Both the position numbers and the translations under genes were made by a program. This document shows, piece after piece, positions 61,642-64,000 of a stretch of DNA of 64,000 nucleotides; position 1 is the first letter of the stretch; the number at the start of each line of letters is the position of its first letter. Below the pieces are notes generated by a model, which ran no database searches, was not told the DNA's origin, and worked only from the letters and a program-made list of their open reading frames with translations. The DNA lies in assembly GCA_000004985.1 (NCBI GenBank), contig GG738855.1. The stretch is one strand, 5' to 3'. This DNA is from Naegleria gruberi. Its lineage: Eukaryota.

Positions 61642-63380
61642 TTATCTCTTTGGTGGCCTTATCAATTGTTTCTTCACTTTCATTGGGAACATGTTGGCAA
61701 AGAACATTGGATCTTTCATCATTTGTTCACTCATTTTCTTTGGATCCTTCATGGCTGCTGAACCAGCCTTACTGATGAATGATTTCATCTTTTCGTACAT
61801 CTTGAGCATCTTGTTTACATCGGTAACTTCAACCTTAGCTCTCTTAGCCAAGTCCAATCTTCTGGCACTCGATGATTCAACCAAGAGAGGTTGCAATTTT
61901 TCTTGTTCAGACATGCAACTAATGATATGTTCGTGATTATCAATGAATGACAAGTCCATATTATCCAATTTATCTCTGAATTTACCAATAAATTGTTCTG
62001 GAAGGTAACTGGCCATATTTTTCAGAGATCCCATCTTTTTAAGCATTTGAATTTGATCTTGATAATCCTTGAATGTGTATGCACCCTTACTGAATTGAAC
62101 AAGTTTTTGTTGAGCTTGAGCAGCATCCAAATTCATGGCATCCTTAGCTTTTTGAGCGAGAGTCATAATGTCACCTCCACCCAAAATTCTCTTAGCCAAA
62201 CTTTGGGGATCAAAAGTTTCCAAATCATCCATCCTTTCACCAATACCAATATATTTAACACTCAAACCAACAACTTGTTTCATACTGATAGCACAACCAC
62301 CACTGCTAGTACCATCCATTCTTGTCAAAACAATACCAGATAAACCAACACGATCGTGGAATTGAGTAGCAATATTCACAGCGTCGTTACCAAGCATAGA
62401 GTCTGCAACCAACAAGGTTTCATTTGGTTGAACAATAGCTCTTAATTCTTCCAATTCTGTCATGAGTTGTTCGTCAATGTGCATTCTACCAGCTGTATCG
62501 AAAATTACAGTATCAAATTGTTCACCATTTGGACCCACATATTCCATAGCTCTCTTTGCAATTTCAATTGGATTTTGTTCTGGAATAATTGGAAGTGATT
62601 CGACTTGAATTTGTTGAGCCAATGTTTGAAGCTGCATTTGAGCTGCAGGTCTGTAAGTATCAAGTGATACCAACAAGACTCTTCTATTTTCCTTTCTCTT
62701 TAATTGTAAAGCCAACTTGGCACTCGATGTGGTTTTACCAGAACCTTGAATACCTGTCACCATGATAACTGATTTACCTTCAGTGGATGGAATTAATTCC
62801 AAAGGAGCAACACCTCCACCCAACAATTCTGAAAGTCTATCCATCACCATCAAGTAAACAGTAGCAGATTTTGGTAATTCTTCAGCTTTTTGATTCGGAC
62901 CAACCCATTTTGCAATACGTGACAGTATTCCCTTATTTTCCTGTGATTCAACTTGTTTAACAGCTGCAATACCAATGGCATCCTCAGTGGCTTCCTTCAC
63001 AAATTGTGAAACAACAGATTCAGCAACATCAGCATCCAACAAGGCAACTCTAACTTTTTGCATGGCCTCTTCGACATCTTCCTTGGTGAGTGTCTTCTTT
63101 TTGAAGAGATTAGTAAAAGCATCAGACATATTAGAGGTCAAGTTTGAAAATAGACCATATTGTTTTGGTGAAGAGTGGAAGAATCTCACTTGTTGTTGAT
63201 TGTATTGTTGAAGAACATTTGGAGCCCAACATTCTTGTTATTTGATGAAAATAAACTTGTATGATGGCACAAGGCTGGTGAAAATACTTCCGATGATGAA
63301 AAGACAATTTTACAGTGATGATGTGTGTTGGCTGTCTTTAAAAATCGTGAGAGGAGAGAACGACTATTACTTTTAAACAT
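61642..63380 (-). CDS. ffh: Bacterial-type signal recognition particle GTPase Ffh (SRP54 family) with an N-terminal presequence, so a putative mitochondrial Ffh
   Basis: The main ORF is 61642..63189 and has no ATG at its 5' end. An upstream ATG at 63380 in an A-run context opens MFKSNSRSLLSRFLKTANTHHH.. in another frame. One intron is needed: 63189..63313 (125 nt, GTAAAA..CAAG) or 63189..63256 (68 nt, GTTTAT..CAAG). The N, G and M domains are LLDADVAESVV, GIQGSGKTTSSAKLA, DTYRPAAQMQLQTLA, FDTAGRMHIDE, VLTRMDGTSSGG, IGIGERMDDLETF, RILGGGD and a Met-rich C-terminus. These are closer to bacterial Ffh than to cytosolic SRP54. Confidence 0.82.
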
Positions 63381-63617
63381 TTTTTTCTAATCTGTGTTGT
63401 TTTATTATTATAATTGTTTCTTCATGTATCTAATTGATGTGATGATAACAAATTGTTGTACTATTAGATATTATGAACGACGACAATTAAATAATTAATA
63501 TTATATTATAGTTTTTATTGTTTGAAAAAGGTGTCGAAAATTAAAATCAACCAAAACAAAGACCCATTTTGGTTAATATTGTTGTTATTGTTGGTGTTAA
63601 AAGGTGGTAGAGTAGAA

Positions 63618-64000
63618 TTATTGTTTACCTCCGATGATAGACTTCAAGTGTTCGTTGAGCTTGGTTGGTGTATTCTTCCATGAGTGAGAAGTAACAAGAT
63701 TGTAGGTGGAAATGGTTGGTTTGACTGGATATTGAACAAAGAAAGTTTGAGCAGCTTCTTCTTCTCCATTGACAAGATAAGAGTACAGCAAAGCATTACG
63801 CAAGGAAGCAACTTCTCTATCAGTTGAAGCTCTCTTAATATATAATCCAAAGGTAAGTTCAGCATCAGGTACGCTACCAACTTGACCGAAAGCAGCAATA
63901 ATCTTGGCCATATCATCAATTTCCAAATCACGTGGGTGAGCATCGTAGTGTTGCTTGAGAGAAATGAGAGACTTGTAGTCGCTTGCCTTGGCAAATTCTA
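63618..64000 (-). CDS. C-terminal part of a hypothetical helical-repeat protein. The CDS continues beyond the window end.
   Basis: The minus-strand frame stays open from 64000 down to the stop at 63618. It reads ..EFAKASDYKSLISLKQHYDAHPRDLEIDDMAKIIAAFGQVGSVPDAELTFGLYIKRAS...SIIGGKQ*. The track shows only the part after an internal TTG. Confidence 0.45.
   Translation of the reverse strand, partial: EFAKASDYKSLISLKQHYDAHPRDLEIDDMAKIIAAFGQVGSVPDAELTFGLYIKRASTDREVASLRNALLYSYLVNGEEEAAQTFFVQYPVKPTISTYNLVTSHSWKNTPTKLNEHLKSIIGGKQ

Noticed and set aside
1-64000. A scan for tRNA (T-loop GGTTCGAAT-like boxes), rRNA, CRISPR-like arrays, LTR/TIR transposons, and long tandem or satellite repeats
   Set aside because: None found by eye. 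The only GGTTCGA-like string (near 49371) lies inside the TsaE coding sequence. Repeats are limited to the DUF4116-flanking duplication and to intragenic low-complexity or domain repeats. A covariance-model scan would be needed to exclude small ncRNAs.

Overview
This window looks like AT-rich eukaryotic nuclear DNA with very high gene density. I can support about 38 protein-coding genes on both strands, covering roughly 85-90% of the window, and about 25 short spliceosomal introns. Most introns are 40-60 nt, with GTAAGT, GTATGT or GTAGGT donors and AG acceptors. Start codons usually follow an A-run, and TAA is the usual stop. Spacers range from about 620 nt down to overlapping stop codons. I found no rRNA, tRNA, CRISPR array or intact mobile element. 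All product calls come from motif and family recognition by eye on the supplied translations plus my own splice joins; no database search was possible. The gene content includes a DUF4116 repeat protein, a bacterial-type Ffh with a presequence, miniature ENaC/DEG-like channels, CEP41, NEK and F-box/polytopic-membrane fusions. Together with the composition and intron style, this suggests a heterolobosean amoeboflagellate such as Naegleria, but that is inference only. Observations most worth a second look: (1) The isoleucyl-tRNA synthetase frame and its conserved PPFATG-LPHYGH motif are restored only by a 1-nt exon between two abutting introns, or by recursive splicing. (2) The perfect palindrome TTGGCGCCAA occurs four times, always in promoter spacers, and canonical E2F-type sites lie upstream of the NEK, UBE2S, CEP41 and coiled-coil genes. 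(3) There is a tandem pair of about 315-aa ENaC/DEG-like proteins. (4) Several organelle-type bacterial genes are present: Ffh, TsaE and a LARS2-type LeuRS. (5) Two paralogous genes fuse an F-box to a polytopic membrane domain. (6) A DUF4116 gene is bracketed by diverged direct repeats, one of which carries a dead 5' stub of the neighbouring F-box gene. (7) Gene packing is extreme: convergent stops are separated by between -4 and 15 nt, and same-strand stop-to-ATG gaps are 20-39 nt.
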